DNA of 64,000 nt from Limnothrix sp. BL-A-16 (GTDB lineage: Bacteria; Cyanobacteriota; Cyanobacteriia; CACIAM-69d), in assembly GCA_041937175.2 (NCBI GenBank), contig CP166615.1, positions 448,001 through 512,000 of the forward strand. Direction: 5' to 3'. A model generated the notes under the pieces. The model saw only the letters and a program-made list of their open reading frames with translations. It had not been told where the DNA came from and searched no databases. Made by a program: the position numbers and the translations under genes. Below are positions 14,560 to 26,400 of the stretch, one piece after another (position 1 is the stretch's first letter; each line of letters starts with the position of its first letter).

Positions 14560-15045
14560 ATGAGTATCGTCACGAAGTCAATCGTGAATGCCGACGCTGA
14601 GGCCCGCTATCTCAGCCCCGGCGAACTGGATCGCATCAAGGCTTTCGTGTCCACCGGCGCTCAACGCCTGCGCATTGCCCAAATCCTGACCGATGCTCGT
14701 GAGCGCATCGTTAAGCAAGCCGGCGAACAACTGTTCCAAAAGCGCCCCGATGTGGTCTCGCCCGGTGGTAACGCTTACGGCGAAGAAATGACCGCAACCT
14801 GCCTGCGCGACCTGGACTACTACCTGCGTCTGGTGACCTACGGCATCGTGGCTGGCGACGTGACCCCGATCGAAGAAATCGGTTTGGTGGGTGTGCGCGA
14901 AATGTACCGCTCGCTGGGTACCCCGATCGACGGCGTGGCTGAAGGTGTGCGCGGCATGAAGGCTGCTGCTGCTGGTCTGCTGAGCGGCGAAGATGCAGCT
15001 GAAGCTTCGGCTTACTTCGATTACGTGATTGGCGGCTTGAGCTAA
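14560..15045 (+). CDS. apcA: Allophycocyanin alpha subunit
   Basis: [48 protein letters not shown]. Confidence 0.99.
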   Translation: MSIVTKSIVNADAEARYLSPGELDRIKAFVSTGAQRLRIAQILTDARERIVKQAGEQLFQKRPDVVSPGGNAYGEEMTATCLRDLDYYLRLVTYGIVAGDVTPIEEIGLVGVREMYRSLGTPIDGVAEGVRGMKAAAAGLLSGEDAAEASAYFDYVIGGLS

Positions 15046-15131
15046 GACCTGGGTTCTCCCTCGCTAGCTTGACTTGCTTCGGCTTTAATGAAAGCCATTT
15101 CCTTGCAAAACCGACTTATTCAAAAACGATC

Positions 15132-15617
15132 ATGCAAGACGCAATTACCTCCGTCATCAACTCCTCCGACGTTCAGGGCAAGTACCTCGACTCCAGCGCT
15201 CTGGATAAGCTGAAGAACTACTTCGCGACCGGCGAACTGCGCGTGCGCGCTGCTAACGCGATCGGCGCTAATGCTGCCACGATCGTGAAGGAAGCTGTTG
15301 CTAAGTCGCTGCTGTACTCCGATGTGACCCGTCCCGGCGGCAACATGTACACCACCCGTCGCTATGCTGCTTGCATCCGCGACCTGGACTACTACCTCCG
15401 CTATGCCACCTACGCAATGCTGGCTGGCGATCCTTCGATCCTCGATGAGCGCGTGCTCAACGGTCTGAAGGAAACCTACAACTCCTTGGGCGTGCCCATC
15501 GGCACCACCGTGCAAGCGATCCAAGCCATGAAGGAAGTGACCGCCGGTTTGGTGGGCTCTGACGCTGGTAAGGAAATGGGCGTGTACTTCGACTACATCT
15601 CCTCGGGCTTGAGCTAA
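15132..15617 (+). CDS. apcB: Allophycocyanin beta subunit
   Basis: [38 protein letters not shown]. Confidence 0.99.
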   Translation: MQDAITSVINSSDVQGKYLDSSALDKLKNYFATGELRVRAANAIGANAATIVKEAVAKSLLYSDVTRPGGNMYTTRRYAACIRDLDYYLRYATYAMLAGDPSILDERVLNGLKETYNSLGVPIGTTVQAIQAMKEVTAGLVGSDAGKEMGVYFDYISSGLS

Positions 15618-15625
15618 ACAACAAA

Positions 15626-15698
15626 TGGCTTGGCTGAATTTCGACTCACCGGGTTGATGGTTGTGGTTTCCCCTGTTGGGTTGAAATGAGTGAAGCCA
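15626..15698 (+). promoter_or_regulatory. Long imperfect stem-loop between apcB and apcC
   Basis: TGGCTT...ATTTCGACTCACCGGG pairs with CCTGTTGGGTTGAAAT...AAGCCA using G-U pairs; fits differential apcAB versus apcC transcript levels. Confidence 0.5.
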
Positions 15699-15856
15699 CG
15701 GGGTCTGGGATAGTTGCTGAACGCTCAAAGTTGCATAGGCTCCGCGATCGCGTTGTCTGGTTAGCTTTGGGGGCAGCACGGCTCAGACCTCGTTGTTTAA
15801 GGACTTGGTCTGAATTTTGGTCAGATTTGTCGTTGAAGTCACAAAGGTTTCTCGCC

Positions 15857-16060
15857 ATGCGGATGTTTAAAATTACGGCTTGCGTGCCGAGCCAAACGCG
15901 AATTCGGACGCAGCGCGAGCTGCAAAACACCTTCTTCACGAAGTTGGTTTCCTACGACAACTGGTTCAAGGAACAGCAACGCATCCAAAAAATGGGTGGC
16001 AAAATCGTGAAGGTCGAGCTGGCTACGGGCCGCCCGGGCACGAATACGGGTTTGCTGTAG
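15857..16060 (+). CDS. apcC: Phycobilisome small core linker LC7.8
   Basis: MRMFKITACVPSQTRIRTQRELQNTFFTKLV, 67 aa. Confidence 0.98.
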   Translation: MRMFKITACVPSQTRIRTQRELQNTFFTKLVSYDNWFKEQQRIQKMGGKIVKVELATGRPGTNTGLL

Positions 16061-16352
16061 ATTGGCAAACTGTGAACCGCCTGATCGGCCCCTTCTGCCC
16101 TTTTGGGGCCAGGTGGATCGATCGAGTCGGTGACCCAACCCTCAGTCATTTTTGGAATTGGAACACCAATTCTGAATTCAGCCGATCGCGAGTGACAAGT
16201 GAGCCTGCCTACGGGTAGCTGAAACTTGTGGCTCGCGATATTGTTTTGAATAGGCATTTTGCATCAGCATTGTTTGAAGTCAGCAGCGCTTGGCCTCCGC
16301 TGGTGGGGTTGCTTTCTGGTCTGTCTTTGCCCCTTGAGGTTGACTGCGATCC

Positions 16353-17552
16353 ATGGCCCAACGTCGCCCCCTTGTTTGGAGTGATTGGCTCACACAGTTC
16401 CGAACCTCCGTGGGGTGGTCGGCAGTGGGCTGGGCCGACGAAGCCCGCTGGTTGCGTTGGCTCACCTTCTTTTGGCTGTTTGTGGGTTTTCTGATTTTGC
16501 TATCTGCCTCCTACGCCAGTGCGGAAGCCACGGAAGGAGACGGTTGGTACTATTGCAAACGGCAACTGCTGTGGATTGCGGCGGGCCTGGTGGGATTCCA
16601 AACGGCCGTTTCCTTGCCCCTGCGCTACGTGTTGGCGATCGCCCACTGGGGGTTGCTGGTCACCCTGATGCTGATGTGGGCGCTGCTGGTTCCTGGCCTT
16701 GGGCGATCGGCCAACGGAGCCGTTCGCTGGATTGAAATTGGGGTCTTGCCGATTCAACCCTCGGAACTTTTAAAGCCCTTTTTGGTGCTGCAAAGTGCCC
16801 GTATTTTGGGTCAGTGGGAACGGTTGACCGATCGCCATCGCTGGTTTTGGCTGGGAACTATCGGTGCAGTGTTGCTGGGGATCTTGTTGCAACCCAATCT
16901 CAGCACCGCAGCGGTTTGTGGGATGACCGTTTGGCTACTGGCACTGACGGCGGGCTTGCCCTATGCCTATCTGCTCAGCGCGGCGGGAGGTGGGCTGGTT
17001 TTAGGGCTAATTAGCATTAGCCTGCGCACTTACCAACAGCGGCGAATTGCATCCTTTCTCAATCCTTGGGATGACCCCCTAGGCATTGGCTATCAATTGG
17101 TGCAAAGTCTCCTGGCGATCGGATCGGGGGGCTGGTGGGGGACGGGGTTTGGCCTCTCGCAACAAAAACTAGCCAGCCTGCCCATTCAGTTCACGGACTT
17201 TATTTTTTCAGTGTTTGCGGAGGAGTTTGGCTTTGTCGGTTCCCTGCTGTTGTTGACTCTATTAGTCGTTTATGGTGTATTGGGCCTGCGAGTGGCTGCC
17301 AATGCGAGCGATCGCTCCCTGCGACTGGTGGCCGTCGGTGCTGTATTGCTGCTGGTGGGCCAGGCCCTGGTGAACATTGGCGTGGCAACCGGTGTGCTGC
17401 CAACGACGGGACTGCCTTTTCCCCTCATGAGCTATGGCGGTAGCTCGATTATTGCCAGTCTGTTTCTAGCGGGGTTGCTGATTCGGGTGGCCCGCGAAAG
17501 CAGCGCGGCCACGGTTGTTCCCCTCGATCGCCGTCGGCCCCGTCGGCCTTAA
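16353..17552 (+). CDS. ftsW: SEDS family cell division protein FtsW
   Basis: IQPSELLKP, YQLVQSLLAIGSGG, TDFIFSVFAEEFG, PTTGLPFPLMSYGGSS. Confidence 0.93.
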   Translation: MAQRRPLVWSDWLTQFRTSVGWSAVGWADEARWLRWLTFFWLFVGFLILLSASYASAEATEGDGWYYCKRQLLWIAAGLVGFQTAVSLPLRYVLAIAHWGLLVTLMLMWALLVPGLGRSANGAVRWIEIGVLPIQPSELLKPFLVLQSARILGQWERLTDRHRWFWLGTIGAVLLGILLQPNLSTAAVCGMTVWLLALTAGLPYAYLLSAAGGGLVLGLISISLRTYQQRRIASFLNPWDDPLGIGYQLVQSLLAIGSGGWWGTGFGLSQQKLASLPIQFTDFIFSVFAEEFGFVGSLLLLTLLVVYGVLGLRVAANASDRSLRLVAVGAVLLLVGQALVNIGVATGVLPTTGLPFPLMSYGGSSIIASLFLAGLLIRVARESSAATVVPLDRRRPRRP

Positions 17553-18123
17553 AGACGCACCGCAATTTTGACTATCCCCGTAAAAGAAGACGGGTGATCG
17601 TATCAAAAAATACTCGTGTTCTACCGATAGTTAACAGCCATGACCATGTTGCATGATTGTTGAATGGCGTACAGACTGAAGCCACCAAAAGTTCAGAGCT
17701 GCTCTGACTTTAGGCGATCGTTGACTTGATAGTCACTGACCTCACGAAAGAGTGAGCTGAACTCAAAAATTCATGAAAAATTTAACGATTTTGGGTAACC
17801 GCAAAGCACCTTGAGTGGAAACTGTTCACTAGTTTTGAGTCAGACAATTTTCACTGAATGGGCATAGTTGCGACTCAATAGCTAGCTAAAAGCAGCTTGA
17901 ATGCCGTTTAAAGCAACTAAACGCTAATAGGCTCAAATCTCAAATCTCAAATCATCAATCGCCCCAATCATCGCAATTAGTCAAACATCAATAGAAATAG
18001 CACAGCACTCATCAGCCATAAGCCAAATAACCTGAATGAAATGAACCGTCTTGAATAACAGTTTCTAGATACTTTTTTGACGTTTGATCACTGATTTCAT
18101 CCTTTCTCTCTGGATTGCTGTCG

Positions 18124-21100
18124 ATGTTATCTTCTTCTAGGCATCCCGCCAAAGCTGATATCTTAATTGTGGATGATTTGCCAGACAATCTCCGTCTGCT
18201 GTCTTCCATGCTGGAGACCCATGGCTATCGTGTTAGAAAAGCAATTAGTGGTCGATTGGCATTAAGCGCTGCTCGATTGGCTGCACCAAATTTAATCCTT
18301 CTGGATGCTTGTATGCCAGATTTGGACGGATATGAAGTTTGTCGTTATTTAAAAGATGATCCTCAAACTCGTCATATTCCTGTTATTTTTATTAGCGCTT
18401 TAGATCGCCCAACCGATAAGGTTCATGCCTTTGAAGCCGGTGGAGTTGACTATATTACTAAACCTTTTCAGGTTCAAGAGATTCTGTCGCGAATTGAGAG
18501 CCAACTGCGGCTATATGCCCTTCAGGAAGAGTTGCGATCGGCGAATCGTCGCCTGACTGAGCAGAATGAACTGCTACACAAACAAATTGTTCAGCGCCAG
18601 AAAGTTGAAATTGAAATTCGGCTGTTGCTGGCGGCTTCCCAGGCGATCGGGCGAGCCTCGGATTTTGATGCATCCCTTGAAGCCATTTTGCGGCTGACTT
18701 GCCAAACCATTAAGTGGGATTGTGCAGAAGCCTGGGTGCCCAATGCCCACGGGACGGCGCTGGAGTGCAGCCCCAGTTGGTATGCCAGCGACCCATCTTT
18801 TCAAGCCTTTCGCCAAGCCAGTTTGCAGCTTCAGTATCGATCGGGAGAAGGAATGCCCGGCCGGGTTTGGGCCCAGCGCCAGGCGGAATGGCTGGAGGAT
18901 TTAAGCCAACCGGGAATTTTTGCCCGTTCAGAGCTGGCCGCTAGTGTGGGTTTGCGATCGGCCTTTGCGGTTCCTATTTTGGACGGCTCCCAGGTTCTGG
19001 CGGTCTTGATGTTCCTGCGACGACAGGCCTCGACCCTCGATAACAAAATCTTGCATCTGTTGGAGGCAGTGGGAACCCAGGCCGGAGCCTTGATGCAACG
19101 GAAACAGGCAGAACAGGCCCTGCGGGACTTGGCCCGACGCGAAACCGCGATCGCCCGAATCATCACCCGAATGCGGCAATCCCTGGATCTGGATGAAATT
19201 TTTCTGGATACAACCGATGAGCTACGGCGGGCCCTCCTGTGCCATCGAGTGGTGATTTATCGGTTTAATCCAGACTGGAGCGGTCAATTTTTGGTGGAGT
19301 CTGTGGCCGATGGTGTGCAGCCCTTGGTTAGTCCGAGCGGAGTCACCAAGGATGTGGATCACCTCAATCCGGCCCTGTGCCACAAAACTTGGCAACTGAC
19401 CCAAGGCGGCCCCTTCAACTTGGGAGCTAGCTATGTCAGTGCCAGCGATGTGGATCAGGCAGATTTAGCCGATACCTGTTTGGAATTGCTCGATCGATTG
19501 GCGGCCAAAGCCTTTGTTTGCGTGCCCATTCATTGTGGCCGGGAACTGTGGGGAGTCCTGGGAGCCTATCAAAATGAACGCCCCCGCACCTGGAGCGAAT
19601 CAGACATCAAAATTCTGGTGCAAATTGGGGCACAACTGGGCATTGCTGTTCAACAAACCCAATTGGTGCAACGTCTTCAACACCAGTCCACGGAACTGCA
19701 ACTGGCAAAGGAATTAGCCGATTCTGCCAACCGAGCCAAAAGCCAATTTCTGGCCAACATGAGTCACGAAATTCGGACTCCTTTGAATGCGGCTTTAGGC
19801 ACAACCGATCTGCTGCTGCAAACACCCCTGAACTTAGAACAGCAAGACTTAGCCCGAATCTTAAAAACCAGCGGTGAGCACCTATTGTCGTTGATTAATG
19901 ACATTTTGGATTGGGCCAAAATCGAAGCTCGGGAAGTTCAGCTAGAGTCCATTCCCTTTGACCTAAATCAATGTATTGAAACCGTCGATCACCTCCTGCG
20001 GCCCCAAGCCCAAGCGAAAGGATTAACGCTTTTGACGCTGTTGGATAGTAATGTGCCTTGGACGGTGGTGGGTGACCCCACGCGACTGCATCAAATTTGC
20101 ATCAATTTAGTGGGTAATGCCATTAAATTTACGGATCAAGGACAGGTGGTTTTTCAAATGTCTTTGGAATCCCAATCGAACAAGATGGTGGTGATTCACT
20201 GTGAGGTGCGAGACTCGGGGGTGGGGGTGTTGCCGGAGCATCGCCACAAGCTGTTTCAGTCGTTTTCGCAGGTGGACGCTTCCACAACCCGTCGCTATGG
20301 GGGCACTGGGTTGGGGCTGGCCATTTGTCGGCAGTTGGTGGAACTGATGGGGGGCGAAATTGGCTATGAGGCCAATATGGGCGGGGGCAGTACGTTTTGG
20401 TTTTCAGTGCCCTTGCAGCGCCAGGCGTTGACGGATGAGGCGGAGCAATGGTCATTTTTGCGCCAGGAACGGTTGCTGTTGGTGGATACGGATCCCCGCC
20501 AGCAATTGTTGATTGGTTCCCAGGTGCGGGCTTGGGGTGGGCGCTTGGATCGCGTGCCGGCGGATCAGGTGTTTGGGGCGATCGAAACGGCCAGCCACAG
20601 CGAAAATCCCTACACGATCGCCCTGGTCAATTTGGCAGATTTGGATTTGACCTGGGAACCGCTCCAGTGCCAAATTCAGCAACAACCGGCCCTGGCCGCT
20701 TTGCACTGGATTCTGTTGCTGAAGCCCGAAGCGCGATCGCTGGGCCATCAACTGGTGAGCCAGGGGGTAATTAAGCATTATCTGACGATGCCGATTTTGG
20801 TTTCGCAACTGCTGGATGCGTTAACAGCGGCGGTGCGCCACGAGTCACCGACCTTACCGGCGGTGCTGGAACCGCTAACGGCGGCTGAGGGCAATGGACA
20901 ATCGGCGGCGCGATCGCTCCATCCCCTGGTGCGGCCGGTGCATTGCAAGATTTTGGTGGTGGAAGACACCCCCCTGAATCAACAAATTGTCTTGCGGCAG
21001 CTCAAGAGTTTGGGTTGGGAGAATGTGACCTGTGCTGACAATGGCCAACAGGCGCTCGATCGACTGTTGCGCGAGCCGTTTGATTTGGTGTTGATGGATT

Positions 21101-21771
21101 GCTTGATGCCGGTGATGGATGGCTATCAGGCCGTGCAGCGGTTACGGGCGGAAGTGGGCCCTAATCGGGATGTGACGGTGATTGCCATGACGGCTAATGC
21201 CCTAGCTGGGGCCCGGGAGGAATGTTTGGCGGTGGGCATGAATGACTACATCAGCAAACCGATTAGCTTGGCGGGCCTGGCGGCCGTGCTCGATCGCTGG
21301 GTGATTCCCATGAGTCGCAATTCGCAAGCGGAAGAAGACTTGCTCCCAACGGCATCGAATTCCATGCCGATGCTAGTTGCTGGGAATTCGGCTACTGAGT
21401 CACCACCACCGATCGATCGGGAACGGTTGATGGAGATTTCCATGGGTGATCTGGAGATCGCCCGTGAAATTCTCAGTATTTTTGTGGAAGGCATTCCGGA
21501 ATATTTGGAAGCGCTGGATCGGGCGATCGCAAGCCAAAACATCAAGGAAGTCTATCGACGGGCCCACCAAATTAAAGGTGCGGCGGCCAATGCTGGCGTT
21601 TTGGAAATGCCGGATTTGGCTTGTCAACTGGAAACCAATGCCCTGGCCGATCGGCTCGATCGGGCTGAAATTTTGTCAGCTCAACTACGGGATGTGATGA
21701 ATCGCGTTTGTGCCTACACTCAGCAGCTTGATCAAATCGATCAAATTCAGGTCACCCCATCCCGACGTTGA
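18124..21771 (+). CDS. Hybrid sensor histidine kinase: REC-GAF-GAF(CBCR-like)-HisKA-HATPase-pseudoREC-REC-Hpt
   Basis: [29 protein letters not shown]-box; [39 protein letters not shown] Hpt. Confidence 0.93.
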   Translation: MLSSSRHPAKADILIVDDLPDNLRLLSSMLETHGYRVRKAISGRLALSAARLAAPNLILLDACMPDLDGYEVCRYLKDDPQTRHIPVIFISALDRPTDKVHAFEAGGVDYITKPFQVQEILSRIESQLRLYALQEELRSANRRLTEQNELLHKQIVQRQKVEIEIRLLLAASQAIGRASDFDASLEAILRLTCQTIKWDCAEAWVPNAHGTALECSPSWYASDPSFQAFRQASLQLQYRSGEGMPGRVWAQRQAEWLEDLSQPGIFARSELAASVGLRSAFAVPILDGSQVLAVLMFLRRQASTLDNKILHLLEAVGTQAGALMQRKQAEQALRDLARRETAIARIITRMRQSLDLDEIFLDTTDELRRALLCHRVVIYRFNPDWSGQFLVESVADGVQPLVSPSGVTKDVDHLNPALCHKTWQLTQGGPFNLGASYVSASDVDQADLADTCLELLDRLAAKAFVCVPIHCGRELWGVLGAYQNERPRTWSESDIKILVQIGAQLGIAVQQTQLVQRLQHQSTELQLAKELADSANRAKSQFLANMSHEIRTPLNAALGTTDLLLQTPLNLEQQDLARILKTSGEHLLSLINDILDWAKIEAREVQLESIPFDLNQCIETVDHLLRPQAQAKGLTLLTLLDSNVPWTVVGDPTRLHQICINLVGNAIKFTDQGQVVFQMSLESQSNKMVVIHCEVRDSGVGVLPEHRHKLFQSFSQVDASTTRRYGGTGLGLAICRQLVELMGGEIGYEANMGGGSTFWFSVPLQRQALTDEAEQWSFLRQERLLLVDTDPRQQLLIGSQVRAWGGRLDRVPADQVFGAIETASHSENPYTIALVNLADLDLTWEPLQCQIQQQPALAALHWILLLKPEARSLGHQLVSQGVIKHYLTMPILVSQLLDALTAAVRHESPTLPAVLEPLTAAEGNGQSAARSLHPLVRPVHCKILVVEDTPLNQQIVLRQLKSLGWENVTCADNGQQALDRLLREPFDLVLMDCLMPVMDGYQAVQRLRAEVGPNRDVTVIAMTANALAGAREECLAVGMNDYISKPISLAGLAAVLDRWVIPMSRNSQAEEDLLPTASNSMPMLVAGNSATESPPPIDRERLMEISMGDLEIAREILSIFVEGIPEYLEALDRAIASQNIKEVYRRAHQIKGAAANAGVLEMPDLACQLETNALADRLDRAEILSAQLRDVMNRVCAYTQQLDQIDQIQVTPSRR

Positions 21772-21848
21772 ACCCCGATGTTAAGCCTCGACGTTGGCAA
21801 CTGAAAACGAACAAAGCGTTAACTCAGCCCCCGATGGCGAGTGCCGAA

Positions 21849-22580
21849 CTAGTACCGAATGTGCAAAGTGACCGTGGCTTGGATCGTCTGTTCACCGGCC
21901 ACCACGGGGGTGCTGGCGGCGGAGTCGGCCACGCCTCGCAGCATGGGGCTGGGGATCGACATCATCGCCCCCTCTACCTGAATGCCCATCACTTCCTGCC
22001 GAGTTAGCCCCAAGGTCGCCAAAACCGCATCGGCCTGGGCCTGGGCATCACGGGTTGCTGCGGCCAAGGCCCGATTGCGTGCCGCGTTGTTGGTGGCATC
22101 GTCGATCGTGAATTGCACCCCATCTACTCGGGTCGCTCCCGCTTTCACGGCCGCATCCATGAGCGCTCCGGATTCGGTGGCGGCAATTTCAAAGCTGACC
22201 GTGTTGGTGGCCACAAAGCCCACGGGTTTGCTGTTGTTGTCGTAGTAGGGGCTGAGATAAACGCCCGTGGTTTGCAGCTTTTGGACATTGCGACCCCGCA
22301 GCAGCGCCACCACCGCGCTCGATCGCTTGGCCATTTCCGCTTGGGCCGCTTCGGCGGTGGCGGCCCGGGCTTCCACCCCCAGGCTCACACGGGCAGTGCT
22401 GGCGCTGACCAGTTCACTGCCTCGGCCCGTGACGGACAGGATCCGATTGAGCCGTTCTTGGGCCTGGGCGGGCAGAGCAGCGGCGATCGCCACAATCATG
22501 CCCAGCCCGATCGCCCCCAAGCGCAAACCAACGGCTGTTTTAAGGCGGGGAGATCTGTGGGAATTCAGCAAGCGCATCAT
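21849..22580 (-). CDS. SIMPL domain (DUF541) periplasmic protein
   Basis: Signal peptide AQA, LSVTGRG, GATRVDGVQF, TPVVAGEQTIQATVTLHIRY. Confidence 0.88.
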   Translation of the reverse strand: MMRLLNSHRSPRLKTAVGLRLGAIGLGMIVAIAAALPAQAQERLNRILSVTGRGSELVSASTARVSLGVEARAATAEAAQAEMAKRSSAVVALLRGRNVQKLQTTGVYLSPYYDNNSKPVGFVATNTVSFEIAATESGALMDAAVKAGATRVDGVQFTIDDATNNAARNRALAAATRDAQAQADAVLATLGLTRQEVMGIQVEGAMMSIPSPMLRGVADSAASTPVVAGEQTIQATVTLHIRY

Positions 22581-22598
22581 GGCAAGGATTAGCCATCC

Positions 22599-23096
22599 CT
22601 AGGGATGGGGTTCAATGGGTTCGTTGCCGCCAACCCCGATCGCCGTGTCCTGAATCGTCGCGCCTGTGAGGGTTAAGTCCAGCATCGACGCGCCGGTCAC
22701 GTCCACATCGTTGAGGGTGGCGGCTGTGAGATTTACCCGATCGAGCCTCGCTTGGGTCAGGATGGCATTGGTTAAGAATGTGCCGGTTAAATTAGCGTCC
22801 GTTAGGTCAGCCCCGGTTAGATCGGCCCCTTCCAAGTTGGCGTTGGTTAAATTAGCCCCCCGCAAATTGGCATGGCGCAAGTCAGCCCCAATCAGGTGTG
22901 CTCCTTGCAGGTTTTGCCCCGCCAAGTTGGCCGCCGCCAAATTACAACCGCCACAGAGGCCCGTTTCCAAAAGTTCTTTCAGGTCAGTGAGAGCCGTGGT
23001 GGCAGCGGGTTCCGCCGCCGCCCGCGAACCTACCGCACCGAGGAGCGCCGCTGCCAAGACTACACCACTAAGCCAACGCAGATGCTGATGGGTCAT
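22599..23096 (-). CDS. Exported pentapeptide repeat protein
   Basis: Signal peptide, LLETGLCGGCNL, A(N/D)Lxx repeats; GGAGGA RBS. Confidence 0.9.
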   Translation of the reverse strand: MTHQHLRWLSGVVLAAALLGAVGSRAAAEPAATTALTDLKELLETGLCGGCNLAAANLAGQNLQGAHLIGADLRHANLRGANLTNANLEGADLTGADLTDANLTGTFLTNAILTQARLDRVNLTAATLNDVDVTGASMLDLTLTGATIQDTAIGVGGNEPIEPHP

Positions 23097-23265
23097 CACT
23101 CCTCCTGCTTGCCCCGTGGAATGGGTTCTGGCAATGGTGGCCGGGGGCAAGAACCTTTGCTCTGAGCCTAGCGCGATCGCCCTGATCCCTCCGTGATCGG
23201 AGACGAATCTTAGGATTTAGCCATGGATAGCAATCTGCGAATGTTGTGAACTTAAAGACGATCGT

Positions 23266-24684
23266 TTAGGTTTCCGTGGCAGCGGGCGTTGGGGATGAGG
23301 CGATCGGGACAGTGGCTTGCAATTGCGCGATCGCCTCCAGCATTTCCCGCTCAAAGGTCACCTGGGCCCGATTGGTGCGGCCACCCACATAGAGCGATCG
23401 CCCCTCTTGCAACAGCCAAATTTGTGAGTGGGAAAAATAGCTCATCACCACGCCCACCATCAACAATCCAAAGCCCAAGTAGACGATCGGGATGCTGGGA
23501 TCCGCCTTGATTTGTAGCCCCGTGCTGCCAATCAGATCATCCACAGCCAAGGTGAGGGTGCGATCGCCCAGGGTAATTGGGGTCGATCGGCCCACCCGCG
23601 TGGTGGCGATCGGGCGGCCCGTTGCGTCATAGATCAGCACCGCCCCTTGTAAATCTCGCGCCAGCAGCGAAACCCCCTCGCTCAAGTCCGGTTTGGTGGG
23701 AACCCAAGTGCCCCAAATCCGGCCCGCCCCCGGCAAATTCAGCTTGCCCATGGGTAACTGAATTGATGGACTGTTGTTGATTCGTACCTTCACCGCCGCG
23801 ATGCCCCAGTCGGTTTGGTACATAGTCACCCCTCGGTAGCGCAGGGGCTGATTCACAAAAATAGTTTGTCGATCGCGCTCTTGACCCGCTTGATCCAACA
23901 CCGACAAATCAGAATAAAACTGGTCGATGTTGCCGTCTGGTAAATATTCAATCCAAAAGCGATTGACCTTCACAGACCAATCTCGGGGCACATTACCCGC
24001 CGCCAAAGGGCCACCGTCAATAATATTGGTGACCTGAAACGTTTGACCGCTGGGAATCATTTCTTGGGCAATGAAACCGGTGAGCGCACCAATGATGCCC
24101 CCCAACAACACAATCAGCATTCCCGCATGGACAATGATCGGCCCAATGCGGCCCACAATGCCCTTGCGTGCATACAGGCTGCTGCCTTCCGCAAAAACCC
24201 GATAGCCTTTGGCTTGTAATAGGGGAGCCGCTGGGGCGATCGCGCTGGTTTCTTCCCCTAAGTTCAACCGGGCGCTGAGGGCCAATTTCTCAAACTGTCT
24301 TGGGGCCCGGTAATAACTCCAATGCCGGGCAGCTTTCAGGGCCGGCCATTGGCGCAGGGCAGTACAGGCGGCCAAGCTCGTGCCAAACAGCACCAACAGC
24401 CCCAAATACCACCAGGTGCGATAGACGGTGTTTAACCCCAAGGCCAGCAACACTTTCCAACTCAGGAAGCCAAACAGGGCCGGATCTTCCGGATAGTTTG
24501 CTTGATAGAACTCCAAGCCCTGGCCCTGCTCAATGACCGTACCGGTGATGCTGGCCACCGCAATTACCAATAACAGGACGATCGCCAACCGCAAGTCAGC
24601 AATGATGCGCAACCCTTCGCGCCACCAGCTCCGCCCGATCGCCCCGCTCAGGGGAGTTTGCTGCAATCCGTCATTCGCATCCAT
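23266..24684 (-). CDS. ccs1: Cytochrome c biogenesis protein Ccs1/CcsB (ResB family)
   Basis: [41 protein letters not shown]. Confidence 0.93.
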   Translation of the reverse strand: MDANDGLQQTPLSGAIGRSWWREGLRIIADLRLAIVLLLVIAVASITGTVIEQGQGLEFYQANYPEDPALFGFLSWKVLLALGLNTVYRTWWYLGLLVLFGTSLAACTALRQWPALKAARHWSYYRAPRQFEKLALSARLNLGEETSAIAPAAPLLQAKGYRVFAEGSSLYARKGIVGRIGPIIVHAGMLIVLLGGIIGALTGFIAQEMIPSGQTFQVTNIIDGGPLAAGNVPRDWSVKVNRFWIEYLPDGNIDQFYSDLSVLDQAGQERDRQTIFVNQPLRYRGVTMYQTDWGIAAVKVRINNSPSIQLPMGKLNLPGAGRIWGTWVPTKPDLSEGVSLLARDLQGAVLIYDATGRPIATTRVGRSTPITLGDRTLTLAVDDLIGSTGLQIKADPSIPIVYLGFGLLMVGVVMSYFSHSQIWLLQEGRSLYVGGRTNRAQVTFEREMLEAIAQLQATVPIASSPTPAATET

Positions 24685-24833
24685 GATTTTTGCCCTGCCC
24701 CCAGTACTTTAGTCTTTCCTTAATCCGCCCTAGTGTGTTGACCCTGGCTATTGGCCCTGTTTTTTTAGCCCTAGTTTCCTAGCGTCTCATGGGGCTGGCA
24801 ATCCGTTGACTAGCAGTACGTTGGCCATTCACC

Positions 24834-25595
24834 CTAGCCGATCGGCAACCGACTGAGCAGCGAAAATACGCCGAATCCCACCAATAACGCGCCACTGGTG
24901 GGCACAATCCAGCCCGATCGGCTGCGCAGCGCCAAAACACTCTTCAAAGAGGCGGCAAACGTGCCCACCAACACCAACGGCGACACATAGCCGATCGCAT
25001 AGGCCAACAGCAGACCCCCACCCGCGATCGGGTCGCGGGTGGCCGACACCCATGCTAACAGTGCTGCCAAAACGGGCGTGCTGCAAGGGGAAGCCGCCAG
25101 CCCAAACGTTAGCCCCACCAAATAGGATCGCAGTGATCGGGGAACCCCCGTCGGCACGGGAATCCATTGCCCCAGGGATGGGAACTGAAAGGGCAACACC
25201 TCCAGCAGATTTAACCCCATCACGATCGCCACCCCGCTCACCAGCAACGGCAAGCCCCAGCCCACCTGGCCGTAAACCCGACCAAACCAGGCCGCCGCCA
25301 CCCCCATCACTGCCAGGGTGGTGGCCAAACCCAGGGCAAACCAAAGGGATTGCACCGCCGCTGCCCAGCGCGATCGCCCATTGGCGGGTTCCGACTCACC
25401 GGAGGTGTCATAGCCTCCGAGATAGCCCACCGCGATCGGCAACATCGACAACATACAGGGGGTCAGGCTGGTGAGCAGGCCCGCCCCAAACGTCACCAAC
25501 GCACTCCCCAAACTGGGATGAGCCAACTGTGCTTCCACCAACGCCGTGGCCCACTGTGCCAGGTGATATAAACCCGTTTGTACTGATTCCCACAC
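24834..25595 (-). CDS. ccdA: Cytochrome c biogenesis thiol-disulfide transporter CcdA
   Basis: GLLTSLTPCMLSMLP and LAASPCSTPVL motifs; GTG start inferred. Confidence 0.92.
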   Translation of the reverse strand: MWESVQTGLYHLAQWATALVEAQLAHPSLGSALVTFGAGLLTSLTPCMLSMLPIAVGYLGGYDTSGESEPANGRSRWAAAVQSLWFALGLATTLAVMGVAAAWFGRVYGQVGWGLPLLVSGVAIVMGLNLLEVLPFQFPSLGQWIPVPTGVPRSLRSYLVGLTFGLAASPCSTPVLAALLAWVSATRDPIAGGGLLLAYAIGYVSPLVLVGTFAASLKSVLALRSRSGWIVPTSGALLVGFGVFSLLSRLPIG

Positions 25596-25745
25596 CTGCG
25601 ATCGCCCTACTTGTTCAGGAACTGGCTGATTTGCCCTGGCCCAATGGCATGGCCCCATGGCCCACAGGATTAATTTTAGGGGGTGGATGGAAATTGCCGA
25701 TCGCCCCAGTTGCCCGCTGCACGGATTAATCAACGGTGCTGCTCA

Positions 25746-26189
25746 CTAGTCCAGTAACCAATCTATCAATCCCACTGGCTCCCAAATCAACACCACCCAG
25801 CTCAGCAGATACAGCCCGATCGGCAAAAACCGGTAGCCCACCGCCCCTCGGGACTCTGTTTTGGCCCAATAGCGCCAATGGGCAAAAATCGCCACCGCCG
25901 TCAGCACAAACCAAGGAATCAGGCTCAGAGCTGTAAACCCCAGGGCCAAGCCTGCCGCCTGCAACCAAGCTTGATAAGCCGCGTCGTTGTGACCGAACAA
26001 ATAAGGGTCATTGACCCAAGGCTGTGGCACTTTTCCTAAAATTCGGGTGGCTTGGAGGCAAGCCCCCGCTCCGGTGATCAGTAAGCTGATCGGGGCGATC
26101 GCCAAAATCCAATGAGCCACCGTCAGCCCCCGCCGCGCGATCGGGTGCATCATCACGGGCCGCAAATTCAGCCGAGGAAAGGATCGCAT
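25746..26189 (-). CDS. Hypothetical membrane protein (about 3 TM segments)
   Basis: Hydrophobic segments, C-terminal WEPVGLIDWLLD; fills the gap between ycf35 and ccdA. Confidence 0.6.
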   Translation of the reverse strand: MRSFPRLNLRPVMMHPIARRGLTVAHWILAIAPISLLITGAGACLQATRILGKVPQPWVNDPYLFGHNDAAYQAWLQAAGLALGFTALSLIPWFVLTAVAIFAHWRYWAKTESRGAVGYRFLPIGLYLLSWVVLIWEPVGLIDWLLD

Positions 26190-26294
26190 CCACTAAGACC
26201 CAAAAAACAAGTAATCAACTAATCAACAGCAACTGATAGCAATTAATCCAAAAACCAAATAGCACCCAATAACAAAAATCAGCGATCAATTAAT

Positions 26295-26340
26295 AACAAT
26301 CAACCAAAAACAATCAACCAAAAACAATCAACCAACAAAA
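26295..26340. repeat. 14-bp tandem repeat, about 3 copies
   Basis: AACAATCAACCAAA units. Confidence 0.8.
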
Positions 26341-26342
26341 TA

Positions 26343-26367
26343 GGCTGGCCGGGTAACCCGACCAGCC
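26343..26367 (-). terminator. Intrinsic terminator of the ycf46/ycf35 operon
   Basis: GGCTGGCCGGGT-AA-CCCGACCAGCC hairpin followed on minus strand by TATTTTGTT. Confidence 0.7.
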
Positions 26368-26400
26368 AGCAAGCTTAGGAACGCGCAGACAAAGCGGTTG

